Positions 1 through 8,385 of a stretch of DNA of 59,051 bases are shown here, piece by piece. How positions within the stretch are numbered: position 1 is the first letter of the stretch; each line of letters starts with the position of its first letter. Source of the stretch: an uncultured Elusimicrobia bacterium (GTDB lineage: Bacteria; Elusimicrobiota; Elusimicrobia; F11); assembly GCA_964405835.1 (NCBI GenBank), contig CAYOPN010000007.1, positions 1 through 59,051 on the forward strand, read 5' to 3'. Position numbers and translations under genes: made by a program. Below the pieces are notes generated by a model. It was not told where the DNA came from. It did no database searches and saw only the letters and a program-made list of their open reading frames with translations.

Positions 1-95
1 CCTCACCCGGTCGCCTTCGGCGACCGACCTCTCCCTGAAGGGAGAGGTAAAAACGTGGGCTCCCTCTCCCTTCAGGGAGAGGGCCGGGGTGAGGG
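1..95. repeat. REPIN/RPE-like palindromic element, copy 1, in frame inside queG
   Basis: (C)CCTCACCC...GGGGTGAGGG termini with internal hairpins GGTCGCC-TTC-GGCGACC, CCTCTCCC-TGAA-GGGAGAGG and CCCTCTCCC-TTCA-GGGAGAGGG; near-identical to 1196-1291. Confidence 0.9.
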
Positions 96-588
96 AACGT
101 CAGTTGGGTGCGGCTCCTGCACAAAGTGCCTCACCTCCTGCCCCACCGACGCCTTCGACGGCCCCTACAAACTCAAAGCGAACAAATGTATTTCGTATCT
201 CACCATCGAGAACAAAGGCCCCATCCCACTCGAAATGCGCGATCAAATGGGCGACTGGCTTTTTGGTTGCGACGTGTGCCAGGAAGTTTGTCCGTTCAAC
301 GCTCGCTCGTTTGAAACACGCTGGCCGGAACTCAAGCAAGAGAATGGCGTCGGCCCGTGGATATCGCTCAAAGAAATGTTGGCGGTGGCCGATGACGCGT
401 CGTTCAAGGCGCGTTTCGGGAAAACACCTTTGAGCCGGCCGAAGCGCCGCGGCCTTCTGCGCAACGCCTGTGTGGCCGCCGGAAATTCCGGCGAGCGGAG
501 CCTCGTTCCATCGTTGGAAAAATTGCTGGGTGACTCCGAACCGTTGATTGTTGAGCACGCGCGCTGGGCGCTGGAGAAACTGTCGTGA
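1..588 (+). CDS. queG: tRNA epoxyqueuosine reductase QueG, 5'-truncated by window edge
   Basis: Frame +1 is open from base 1. Two Fe-S motifs CGSCTKCLTSCPT and FGCDVCQEVCP, CISYLTIE, and C-terminal HEAT-like RNACVAAGN...HARWAL are typical of QueG. Confidence 0.85.
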   Translation, partial: PHPVAFGDRPLPEGRGKNVGSLSLQGEGRGEGTSVGCGSCTKCLTSCPTDAFDGPYKLKANKCISYLTIENKGPIPLEMRDQMGDWLFGCDVCQEVCPFNARSFETRWPELKQENGVGPWISLKEMLAVADDASFKARFGKTPLSRPKRRGLLRNACVAAGNSGERSLVPSLEKLLGDSEPLIVEHARWALEKLS

Positions 589-1799
589 AACCCTCCAAAA
601 AAACGGTCACGTTGAACGGAGGAAACGAGTTGATTCGCCAAGAAATCGAGCGGCGCGGGCCGATGGATTTTGACCGGTTTGTTGATCTCGCGCTGTACCA
701 TCCGCTGTATGGTTACTACAACCAGGCCGCGCCCCGCCGCGGCAAGGCCGGCGACTATTTCACGTCGCTCCAGGTGGGGGACTTGTTCCCGCGTATTTTT
801 GCTGAAGCGATAATCCAATTGAAAGAAACGTTGGGGACCGAGCATTTCTCGTTAATCGAAGTCGGCTCCGGCGGAGGGGAATTTCTCGAGAAGGTGCTTA
901 CCGTTCTCGAGGAAAAAGCGCGCACCGAAAAGAAAAGCATCTGGGGTGTGCGCACCTATGCGGTTGAACGGAGCCGCACCGCACGCGACCTGCTGCACAA
1001 ACGGCTCTCGCGGTTTTCGCGCTGCGAGGTCGTGGCTTCGGTCAACGACATTGAATGGAATGGGACACTGGAAGGGTGCATTTTCTCGAATGAATTTTTT
1101 GACGCGCTCCCGTTTCACCGGTTGCGGTGGCGCGGAAAAAGTTGGAATGAAGTTGTGGTCAGTTTAAAGAACGGTGAGATTGTGGAAGAGGAAATCCCTC
1201 ACCCGGTCGCCTTCGGCGACCGACCTCTCCCTGAAGGGAGAGGTAAAAACGGGAACTCCCTCTCCCTTCAGGGAGAGGGTTGGGGTGAGGGAATTGGAGA
1301 GGGCCATGAGATCACGTGGCGTCCCGGCATATCTCAGATCTACGAAGAATGGAGCGCGCGGCTCGCGCGCGGGTATGTGTTGACGGTGGACTACGGCCAT
1401 CCGCGCGAAGCATTTTTTAGCCCCACGCGCGCGAACGGGTCGTGGCTCTGCTACCACCAACATCAAGCCAACAAAAATCCATTCGAAAATATCGGCGAAC
1501 AGGACATTACGGCCCATGTTGATTTCACGCAGCTCGTAGAAGCGGGCAAGGCGCAGAGTTTTGATCCCGCGTTGTTTTGTTCGCAGGGGATTTTTCTCTC
1601 GCATGTCGGGCAAAAACAATTGGAACAGTGGTTGGCGACCGCGCCCGACGCCGAAAAACGCCATCGCACGGGCGCCGTTCAGCAGTTGATCCACCCGGAC
1701 GCGATGGGCGAAGCGTTCTGGGTCCTTCTGCAAAACAAAGGCGTGGAAATGCCGCCCGCTTTTGCCGCCTTGCCGAACCGCTTGCGTCGTTTGATATGA
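585..1799 (+). CDS. SAM-dependent methyltransferase, MidA/NDUFAF7 family
   Basis: ALYHPLYGYY, GDYFTS, LIEVGSGGG, FSNEFFDALP, VDYG and QDITAHVDF motifs. Confidence 0.9.
   Translation: MKPSKKTVTLNGGNELIRQEIERRGPMDFDRFVDLALYHPLYGYYNQAAPRRGKAGDYFTSLQVGDLFPRIFAEAIIQLKETLGTEHFSLIEVGSGGGEFLEKVLTVLEEKARTEKKSIWGVRTYAVERSRTARDLLHKRLSRFSRCEVVASVNDIEWNGTLEGCIFSNEFFDALPFHRLRWRGKSWNEVVVSLKNGEIVEEEIPHPVAFGDRPLPEGRGKNGNSLSLQGEGWGEGIGEGHEITWRPGISQIYEEWSARLARGYVLTVDYGHPREAFFSPTRANGSWLCYHQHQANKNPFENIGEQDITAHVDFTQLVEAGKAQSFDPALFCSQGIFLSHVGQKQLEQWLATAPDAEKRHRTGAVQQLIHPDAMGEAFWVLLQNKGVEMPPAFAALPNRLRRLI
1196..1291. repeat. REPIN/RPE-like palindromic element, copy 2, in frame (96 nt = 32 codons)
   Basis: Same multi-hairpin architecture as 1-95; translates PHPVAFGDRPLPEGRGKNGNSLSLQGEGWGEG. 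Confidence 0.9.
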
Positions 1800-1896
1800 T
1801 CGGCACCCCTCCACAATAAGACTGTTCTCGACGTAAAAATCCCTCTCCCACCCTCTTGGTTTTTCGTTGCCCCTCCGGTCGCAAGGAGAAGCAATT

Positions 1897-2097
1897 ATGA
1901 TTCGTTTCACGTTCAACCCCTGTCGCAAAGGCAATGCTGTTGTTGAATACGTTCTAATAACGGCGCTCACCGCGCTGGCCACGGTCGCCATTTTCAAGAC
2001 GTTTCGCGCCGACGTCACGACCGCCTACAAGAAAGCCGGAGAGGCGCTGGTCCGTGGTGTTGATGAAGGGACGTCCGACGGCCCCACCGCGCCATGA
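1897..2097 (+). CDS. Flp/type IVb pilin-like protein
   Basis: AAGGAG RBS at 1883-1888; prepilin-like KG|NAVVEY followed by a hydrophobic helix; 66 aa. Confidence 0.7.
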   Translation: MIRFTFNPCRKGNAVVEYVLITALTALATVAIFKTFRADVTTAYKKAGEALVRGVDEGTSDGPTAP

Positions 2098-2837
2098 CGC
2101 CCATTCGTGTGTTGGGATTGGCAAGTTTGGCTTGGGCGTTCGCGGTCACTGTGGTGACCGCGGCGCCCGCCAAAAAAATCCCCATCGAAGTGCAAGTGGA
2201 AGTCAACGAAGTAGACAACGCGTTGGCCGAAAGTCTGGGCATTGATTGGCTCAACACGGTCACGTTGCAGGAGACCGTTCCGGCCGGCATCGTTTCATTG
2301 GGTTCCATTCAACGTCTGACGCCGCTGAAAGCCGACTTGCAATTCCTCGCGGAGGAGGGAGCGGCGCAACTTTTGGCGAATCCCAATCTCGTGACCGATT
2401 CCGGCACGGACGCCACGTTCCACGCGGGTGGGGAAATCCCCTATATCACGAGCTCGTCATTGGGCACCACGAACGTGGAGTTCAAAAGTTATGGGGTGAC
2501 GTTGAATGTGCGTCCCACTCTGCTGGCGGATGCGCGCGTCCATATGCGCGTGCGCGCTGGGGTCAGCGCGCCGGACCCGTCAACGGGGGTCACCCTTTCC
2601 GGCAATTCCGTTCCGGCGCTGCTTTCGCGGGACGTCACGTCCAACGTAACGGTGGAACAGGGGTCCGGGATGACGGTGGCGGGGTTGGTCCAGACCCAAA
2701 AGACCGAGACCATCCGGGGGGTGCCGGTCTTGCGCAAAATCCCGGTGCTCGGGGGTTTTTTTCGATGGCGCAGGACAAATTTCCGCCGAACAACTATAAT
2801 CATTTTCGTCACGCCCCGCGTGATCCCCCCACAGTAG
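2094..2837 (+). CDS. Short secretin (CpaC/RcpA-like core only)
   Basis: Signal peptide, then VQVEVNEV..LGIDW, LLANPNLVT, FHAGGEIP, VEFKSYGVTLNV, GVPVLRKIPVLGGFF and IFVTPRVI secretin motifs. Confidence 0.8.
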   Translation: MTPIRVLGLASLAWAFAVTVVTAAPAKKIPIEVQVEVNEVDNALAESLGIDWLNTVTLQETVPAGIVSLGSIQRLTPLKADLQFLAEEGAAQLLANPNLVTDSGTDATFHAGGEIPYITSSSLGTTNVEFKSYGVTLNVRPTLLADARVHMRVRAGVSAPDPSTGVTLSGNSVPALLSRDVTSNVTVEQGSGMTVAGLVQTQKTETIRGVPVLRKIPVLGGFFRWRRTNFRRTTIIIFVTPRVIPPQ

Positions 2838-2873
2838 TGGCCCCGGGAGCAAATCAGAAAGGAGCAGAGCACC

Positions 2874-3668
2874 ATGCCGCAAGACAGCGCATCACCCCGG
2901 CGTCCCCTCATCGCCGCCAATTGGAAGATGTACAAGACGGTCCCCGAAACAGAAACTTTCCTGAAAGATTTCCTGCCCAGGGTTTCCAACAACAATTCCG
3001 TCGACATCGTGGTTTGCCCGCCCTTCACCGCGCTCTCGACAGCGGCGTCCCTCTTAAAAGGTTCCCCGGTCAAGCTGGGCGCGCAGACCGTCAACGAAAA
3101 TGCCGAAGGCGCATTCACCGGCGAAATTTCTCCGATCATGATCACATCGTTGGGATGCACACACGTGATCCTTGGCCATTCCGAGCGGCGCCAGTACTAC
3201 GGCGTGACCGACGCGATCGTGAACAGGAAAATCATCACGGCCTTAAAAAACAATCTGGTCCCGATTGTTTGCGTCGGCGAATCGCTGGCCGAACGAGAGG
3301 CCAATTCCACGTTGGCCGTCGTCAGCCGCCAAGTCAAGGCGGCATTGACGGACATTCCGTCGGCAGATATGAAAAAAATTGTTTTTGCGTACGAGCCCAT
3401 TTGGGCCATAGGGACTGGCCGCACCGCGACGCCGGCCCAGGCCCAGGAAGTCCATTTGGCGATCCGCGATATTCTCAAGGACCAATACGGTTCCCTGACG
3501 TCCTTGTCCATCCGCATCATTTACGGCGGTTCCGTGAAACCGGAGAATATGTCCGAGCTCATGGCGTGCGAAGACATCGACGGTGGTTTGGTGGGGGGCG
3601 CCAGCCTCAAGCCGGATTCGTTCGCGGGCATCGTCAATTACAAATCTCAGAAAGCAGCGCAGCGTTAA
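2874..3668 (+). CDS. tpiA: Triosephosphate isomerase
   Basis: AANWKM, GAFTGEIS, GHSERR, AYEPIWAIGTG, YGGSV and GGASL motifs. Confidence 0.98.
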   Translation: MPQDSASPRRPLIAANWKMYKTVPETETFLKDFLPRVSNNNSVDIVVCPPFTALSTAASLLKGSPVKLGAQTVNENAEGAFTGEISPIMITSLGCTHVILGHSERRQYYGVTDAIVNRKIITALKNNLVPIVCVGESLAEREANSTLAVVSRQVKAALTDIPSADMKKIVFAYEPIWAIGTGRTATPAQAQEVHLAIRDILKDQYGSLTSLSIRIIYGGSVKPENMSELMACEDIDGGLVGGASLKPDSFAGIVNYKSQKAAQR

Positions 3669-3686
3669 TTTAACGGAGTTACTCCC

Positions 3687-4139
3687 ATGAAAATGAAAAT
3701 TGCACTTGGCGCCGACCACGCCGGATTCGCGGTCAAAAAAGAACTCTTCGCGAGCCTCGCGGAAGAGGGGTACAAGGTCATCGACCTCGGTACTTATTCG
3801 GAAGATGCCAGCGATTACCCGGACTATGCGGCGCGCGTGGCGAAGGCTGTGGCCAGCGGGCGTTGCGACCGGGGTATTTTGGCTTGCGGTTCGGGCGCCG
3901 GCATGTGCATCGCGGCCAACAAAGTAAAAGGCATCCGCGCCGCCACGCCTTGGTCGATCAAGACCGCCAAATTGGCCGCCCAACACAACTGGGTCAACGT
4001 GCTCTGTGTCCCGAGTCGGTTCCTGGCGGTTCCCAACGTTAAAAAGATTGTCCGGGCCTGGCTTTTGACTCCTTTTGACAAGGGGGGGCGCCATGAGCGC
4101 CGCGTAGGAAAGATCGGAAAAATAGAGGCGAAACCGTAA
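3687..4139 (+). CDS. rpiB: Ribose 5-phosphate isomerase B
   Basis: GADHAG, DYPD, CGSGAG, ANKVKGIR, HNWVN and GGRHERR motifs. Confidence 0.95.
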   Translation: MKMKIALGADHAGFAVKKELFASLAEEGYKVIDLGTYSEDASDYPDYAARVAKAVASGRCDRGILACGSGAGMCIAANKVKGIRAATPWSIKTAKLAAQHNWVNVLCVPSRFLAVPNVKKIVRAWLLTPFDKGGRHERRVGKIGKIEAKP

Positions 4140-4173
4140 TTTAGTCTTTTTTTCGCGCTCCCCCAGCCCACCG

Positions 4174-4212
4174 AAACCGAGCGACAATACATCGCGATTC
4201 TCGGTTTTTTTT
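4174..4212 (+). terminator. Probable intrinsic terminator after rpiB
   Basis: AAACCGAG/CTCGGTTT stem followed by a T-run. Confidence 0.6.
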
Positions 4213-4225
4213 CTCGAGATAATCC

Positions 4226-4254
4226 TTGAAACAGCCGTCCCCTCCGCGCATATT
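4226..4254 (+). promoter_or_regulatory. Putative sigma70 promoter of the Pro-rich/DnaA-like/kinase operon
   Basis: TTGAAA-N17-CATATT, just after the terminator and upstream of ATG 4283. Confidence 0.45.
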
Positions 4255-4282
4255 GTGAGAAGGAAAAACGGCTTGAAAAAAC

Positions 4283-5422
4283 ATGGAAAATCAAGAACAA
4301 AAACCGACGCCCGAACCGCATAAAAATGTATCGATGGACGGGGTGCTGAATGAGTTGCGTAGCGTGCTCTCCGGCCTCGGAGATACATCCGCACCTCCGC
4401 CACCAATGGATGAACCGCCGACAGCTCCACCGCCACCACCTCCACCGCACGAACCACCGATGCCCAAACGATTTGGCGAACCCATGCCAACGAACGGTTC
4501 TTCCTCCGACGCTGACTTTTGGAATGGCAATGTTTTGGGTTGGCCATCCTCCGTGCCCGAAACGCATTCGCCTCCTCCACCGCCACCCCCGCCACCTCCG
4601 CCGCCCATGCCGCAGAAATCCGAGTCCGTTTCCTATGAAAAACCGGCGTTGGAAGGAGAGCCATTTTCTCTCGATACACCGTTCTTAAAATCACACGAGC
4701 CCGCAGAACCGCCAATCGAACCAAACCCATGGGGAGTACCACCCAGCCCGATTCCTGAACCTCCTCATTCTCCCGCGGTTAACCATTCCTTGGAATTGCC
4801 GGCAGCCGAAGAAGAGCCGTTCATTGATCCATTTGCCGTGCTTCCTCCAGATCACCCGGTACCACCGGCCGTACCGCCGCCTCCTGCTCAGGCCGCGATG
4901 CCGGCCATGGAATTCGAACCGGCGTTGCCCGTTGTCGAGAGCGAAAAGCCACGTGAACCGGAGTTTCCAATTCCAGGGACATTAACGAGCCCGGTGCAAT
5001 CCACGCCGCCGAAAGACAATACCGACGATCCGTTGAACTTGAAAGGGACGGAGCTCAAGCCCCAGGGATTGGTCCAAATTGCCTGTCTCATACCGGAAGG
5101 CCAGGAGAGACAAGGACAACAATTTGTCAGCAAGTTGAAAGAGCTCGGGGAGAAATCCAAAGCCCGCCTGAAAATTGAACCGGTTTTCGTAAGCAGTTGG
5201 AGCGAGGGGCAGGTTGATATGACCGCCTGGGGCAAATCGGCCACGTTGTCAGGGGCGGACATCATGTTCATTTTGTCGTTCAAAAAAGACATCGGACAGT
5301 TTAAGGCGCAGCCACCGGTAGCGATGGGGAAAAACGTGAAAACGCGCGTGGTGGCGGTCGAACAACTGGGGCTGAGGACGCTCTATGCGGACATCATGAT
5401 CGAACTTGAGAGAGGCAAATAA
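4283..5422 (+). CDS. Proline-rich protein with C-terminal alpha/beta domain
   Basis: Long ORF with poly-Pro tracts and a ~115-aa globular C-terminus; TAATG overlap with next gene. Confidence 0.8.
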   Translation: MENQEQKPTPEPHKNVSMDGVLNELRSVLSGLGDTSAPPPPMDEPPTAPPPPPPPHEPPMPKRFGEPMPTNGSSSDADFWNGNVLGWPSSVPETHSPPPPPPPPPPPPMPQKSESVSYEKPALEGEPFSLDTPFLKSHEPAEPPIEPNPWGVPPSPIPEPPHSPAVNHSLELPAAEEEPFIDPFAVLPPDHPVPPAVPPPPAQAAMPAMEFEPALPVVESEKPREPEFPIPGTLTSPVQSTPPKDNTDDPLNLKGTELKPQGLVQIACLIPEGQERQGQQFVSKLKELGEKSKARLKIEPVFVSSWSEGQVDMTAWGKSATLSGADIMFILSFKKDIGQFKAQPPVAMGKNVKTRVVAVEQLGLRTLYADIMIELERGK

Positions 5423-6981
5423 TGGCGAAAATTGAGTCGGCGACGGGGTTAAAGCCGCTTTACTCATTCGACCAGCTGGTGATTGGTCCGCACAACCAGG
5501 TGGCGGTGGGGGCCTGCATGGAAGTCGTCAAGTCGCCGGGCGAAATATACAACCCATTGTTTGTCTACGGTCCTCCGGGCGTGGGCAAGACCCACATAAT
5601 GCAGGCGGTGGCGCATCAACTGCTGGATGCGGACCCAAGTTTTAAGGCTCGTTACATCTCCGCCGAGCGGTTTATGAACGAGATCCTGACCGCCATTTCC
5701 GAAGACCGCATGCTGGACATTCGGCGGCAATACAGCACGCTCGACATGTTAATTATCGACGACGTCCAATACATGACCGAATCCAAGATTTCGCAGGAAG
5801 AGCTATTCCATATTTTCAACAATCTGCACCACGGGAACCGCCAGGTGATCCTGGCCGCCGACCGGCCGCCAAATCAACTTACCACGCTTAATAAAAATAT
5901 TCGCAGCCGCTTGGAATGGGGCCTCTCCACCGACATCCGGATCCCCGAAGAGCCGACCCGCATTGAAATCCTAAAGAAAAAACAGTCCCTGTCTCCGGGT
6001 CTCGTCCTGACGGACGAGATGTTTGTGTACGTGGCGCGCAACTTGAAGTCCAATGTGCGCGAACTGGAAGGATTTTTAAAACGTATCCATGCGTACGTGA
6101 CGTTGTCGCATCAAGCATTGAATATAGAGTTGGTCCGCGCTGTCGTCAAAGAAATTTTGCCGGAAGGAACTCCGGAGGTAACATCCGGCGAGGCGCCGAC
6201 CGAAGCGCCGGCAACGGCCAAGAACGCCCATGCGAACGGTCATACGGCCGCTGTCGCTAAACATGTTCCGATGGAAGAAGCCCCGGAACCACCGCCTCCG
6301 CCGCCACCTCCCCCTCCACCGGCGCCAAAGAAAAAGGCACCGCCCAAAGAAGAGACTTACGATATCGGACTGGAGGGGATCGAGGAGATAGATGTGGCTC
6401 CGGAAAAACCCAAAAGCAAGGCCGCTGCGGTGCCACCGCCTCCTCCACCACCGCCTCCTCCACCGCCACCGGCACCTGTGAAGGCCAAGACTCCGCCACC
6501 GCCTCCGCCGCCTCCACCACCACCCGAGCCGGTTCCGGTGTTGGTTGAAGAACCCGAACCGGAAGCCGAATCGGAAGACGGCGAGAATCCCTCCACTTTA
6601 AAAGAGGTAGGGGCCGTGTTTTTCTTTCCGGAAAGCCACAACACGGAACTCGAAATGGTTTCAAAAAAATTCCAGGAAGTGATCCGAAAACACAAACTCA
6701 AATTCCGTTTAAAAGGCGTCCATAACCAGCCCTACGGTTACAAAGGAAAAATTAATTTTTCTTCGTTCGTCGATGTTTGCAAGAACAACCGTGTGCCGGT
6801 CGCCATCGTGATTGGCCCACCGCCCGACAATATGATGCCGCAGCAGGATTTTTACGATTTGTTAACGGTAACGTTGGACGTGCAGGGCGTGAGCCTGCAG
6901 CTGATCAACTGGAGCGAGATCAGCAAGGACTACCGTTATTTGAATCTTGCGCTCGATATCGCGCTGGTGAGGACCAAGTGA
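5422..6981 (+). CDS. DnaA-like AAA+ ATPase without DNA-binding domain IV; Pro linker and novel C-terminal domain
   Basis: YSFDQLVIG, YNPLFVYGPPGVGKTH (Walker A), LIIDDVQ (Walker B), RSRLEWGL and SNVRELEG are DnaA domain III motifs. No domain I/II or IV is recognisable. Confidence 0.85.
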   Translation: MAKIESATGLKPLYSFDQLVIGPHNQVAVGACMEVVKSPGEIYNPLFVYGPPGVGKTHIMQAVAHQLLDADPSFKARYISAERFMNEILTAISEDRMLDIRRQYSTLDMLIIDDVQYMTESKISQEELFHIFNNLHHGNRQVILAADRPPNQLTTLNKNIRSRLEWGLSTDIRIPEEPTRIEILKKKQSLSPGLVLTDEMFVYVARNLKSNVRELEGFLKRIHAYVTLSHQALNIELVRAVVKEILPEGTPEVTSGEAPTEAPATAKNAHANGHTAAVAKHVPMEEAPEPPPPPPPPPPPAPKKKAPPKEETYDIGLEGIEEIDVAPEKPKSKAAAVPPPPPPPPPPPPPAPVKAKTPPPPPPPPPPPEPVPVLVEEPEPEAESEDGENPSTLKEVGAVFFFPESHNTELEMVSKKFQEVIRKHKLKFRLKGVHNQPYGYKGKINFSSFVDVCKNNRVPVAIVIGPPPDNMMPQQDFYDLLTVTLDVQGVSLQLINWSEISKDYRYLNLALDIALVRTK

Positions 6982-6986
6982 GCAAC

Positions 6987-8348
6987 ATGATCGGCATGTT
7001 GGGGAAAAAATGGCGCGGCAACGCGGTCGTGGACGTGTTGGTCGCGTTTGTTCAGTCGTGGGAAATGCACGGCCCCGACGAGGTGTCAATTTGTTCCGGA
7101 ACGCTGGATGTGGTGCGGGCTTATTTGGGCGACCGTCCTTGCTGCATTTGGAAAAAACAAGCCGATAGGCTCGGTAAAATCTGTGAGCGCGGAATGATGG
7201 AGCTTTTCTACTCGGAAAAAGAGCCCGAACACCAAAACGCATTGGCGCGGGCCATTGTGACCGGCACCTCCGAATTTGATCCGTGTCGCCTAAGTCCGCT
7301 CGCCTCGGACCTGAAGCTCGGTTTTGACGGCCTCTTGCACATTCCAATCAAGAGCAAGGGCGATGTGATAGGGCTTCTGTCGATGGCCGTCACGAAAAAG
7401 GAATCGCGCGACCGCGACTTTGTGATGCCGCTCGAATCCCTGGGCCGGCTCGTCGCCATTGCACTCACTTACGGGCATGATCAAGAGCAAAACGTGAACC
7501 GTGAGCGGCGGCTTAAGGCCGAAGTCGAGGCCACCACGCGCGAACTGGAAGACACCAACAACCGGCTCATCGAGCGCGTGCGGGAGCTCAAGACCCTTTA
7601 TAAAGAATTGCAGAAACGCGTGGAAGAACTTACCGACGCGAACCGCGCCAAAGACGAATTTTTGTCGATCGTAAGCCATGAGCTGCGCACGCCGTTGACG
7701 TCGTTGACCGGTTTCTTGAGTGTGCTGCTCGACGAAGAAGCCGGTGCGATCACCGATCAGCAACGGAAATTCTTAGGGATCGCAAAAGCTTCGGCGACGC
7801 GGCTCAACTTGATCATCTCGGACTTGCTCGATGTGTCCCGCATCGAGTCGGGCCGGCTCAATCTGGAAATGGGCGAATGTTCTCTCCACGAAATTCTCCA
7901 GACCTGTTATGAAGGGTTGAAAGCGTCGGCGGCCAACAAGGCGTTGCAACTGAGGCTCCATTCGCTGCCGACCTTGCCCACGATCTGGGGGGACCCAAGC
8001 CGTTTGCAGCAGGTGATCGACAACATTGTTTCGAACGCGATCAAGTTCACCGAAAAAGGCGGCGAGATCGACATTTCTGGAGAAGAGAAGGGCGATTTTC
8101 TCTTGGTGTCGGTCCGCGACACCGGCCCCGGACTTTCGCAGGAAGAACAAGAGAAAGTGTTCGACATGTTTTATCAGGCCGATGCGTCCACGCGGCGTTC
8201 CGCCGGCGGCGCGGGCCTGGGCCTGGCGATCGCCCGCGGCATCGTGAACATGCATGGAGGCACCATTTCCGTCCAGTCCGAAAAGGGCAAGGGCGCGACC
8301 TTCACCTTTCTCATTCCCCGCAAGCGCGAACAGAAGAAAGCAGCGTAA
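6987..8348 (+). CDS. Sensor histidine kinase (GAF-like, coiled coil, HisKA, HATPase); alternative GTG start at 6978
   Basis: VSHELRTPLT H-box; NAIKFT, DTGPG and GAGLGLAI boxes; no TM segment evident. Confidence 0.92.
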   Translation: MIGMLGKKWRGNAVVDVLVAFVQSWEMHGPDEVSICSGTLDVVRAYLGDRPCCIWKKQADRLGKICERGMMELFYSEKEPEHQNALARAIVTGTSEFDPCRLSPLASDLKLGFDGLLHIPIKSKGDVIGLLSMAVTKKESRDRDFVMPLESLGRLVAIALTYGHDQEQNVNRERRLKAEVEATTRELEDTNNRLIERVRELKTLYKELQKRVEELTDANRAKDEFLSIVSHELRTPLTSLTGFLSVLLDEEAGAITDQQRKFLGIAKASATRLNLIISDLLDVSRIESGRLNLEMGECSLHEILQTCYEGLKASAANKALQLRLHSLPTLPTIWGDPSRLQQVIDNIVSNAIKFTEKGGEIDISGEEKGDFLLVSVRDTGPGLSQEEQEKVFDMFYQADASTRRSAGGAGLGLAIARGIVNMHGGTISVQSEKGKGATFTFLIPRKREQKKAA

Positions 8349-8385
8349 ATTGTAAGATCCCCTCCATTAAATTTTGGAGGGAACC

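Noticed and set aside
2246-4742. Long alternative ORFs 2246-3673 (+) and 3243-4742 (-), and similar long antisense ORFs elsewhere
   Set aside because: They overlap well-supported genes, have Arg/Ala-rich off-frame composition and show no motifs.
4283-6590. Poly-CCN tracts as contingency loci
   Set aside because: The tracts use mixed CCA/CCG/CCT codons rather than pure repeats, consistent with selected poly-Pro linkers.
5422-6981. Canonical chromosomal replication initiator dnaA
   Set aside because: Lacks domains I/II and the domain IV HTH and is not next to dnaN, so no gene symbol was assigned.
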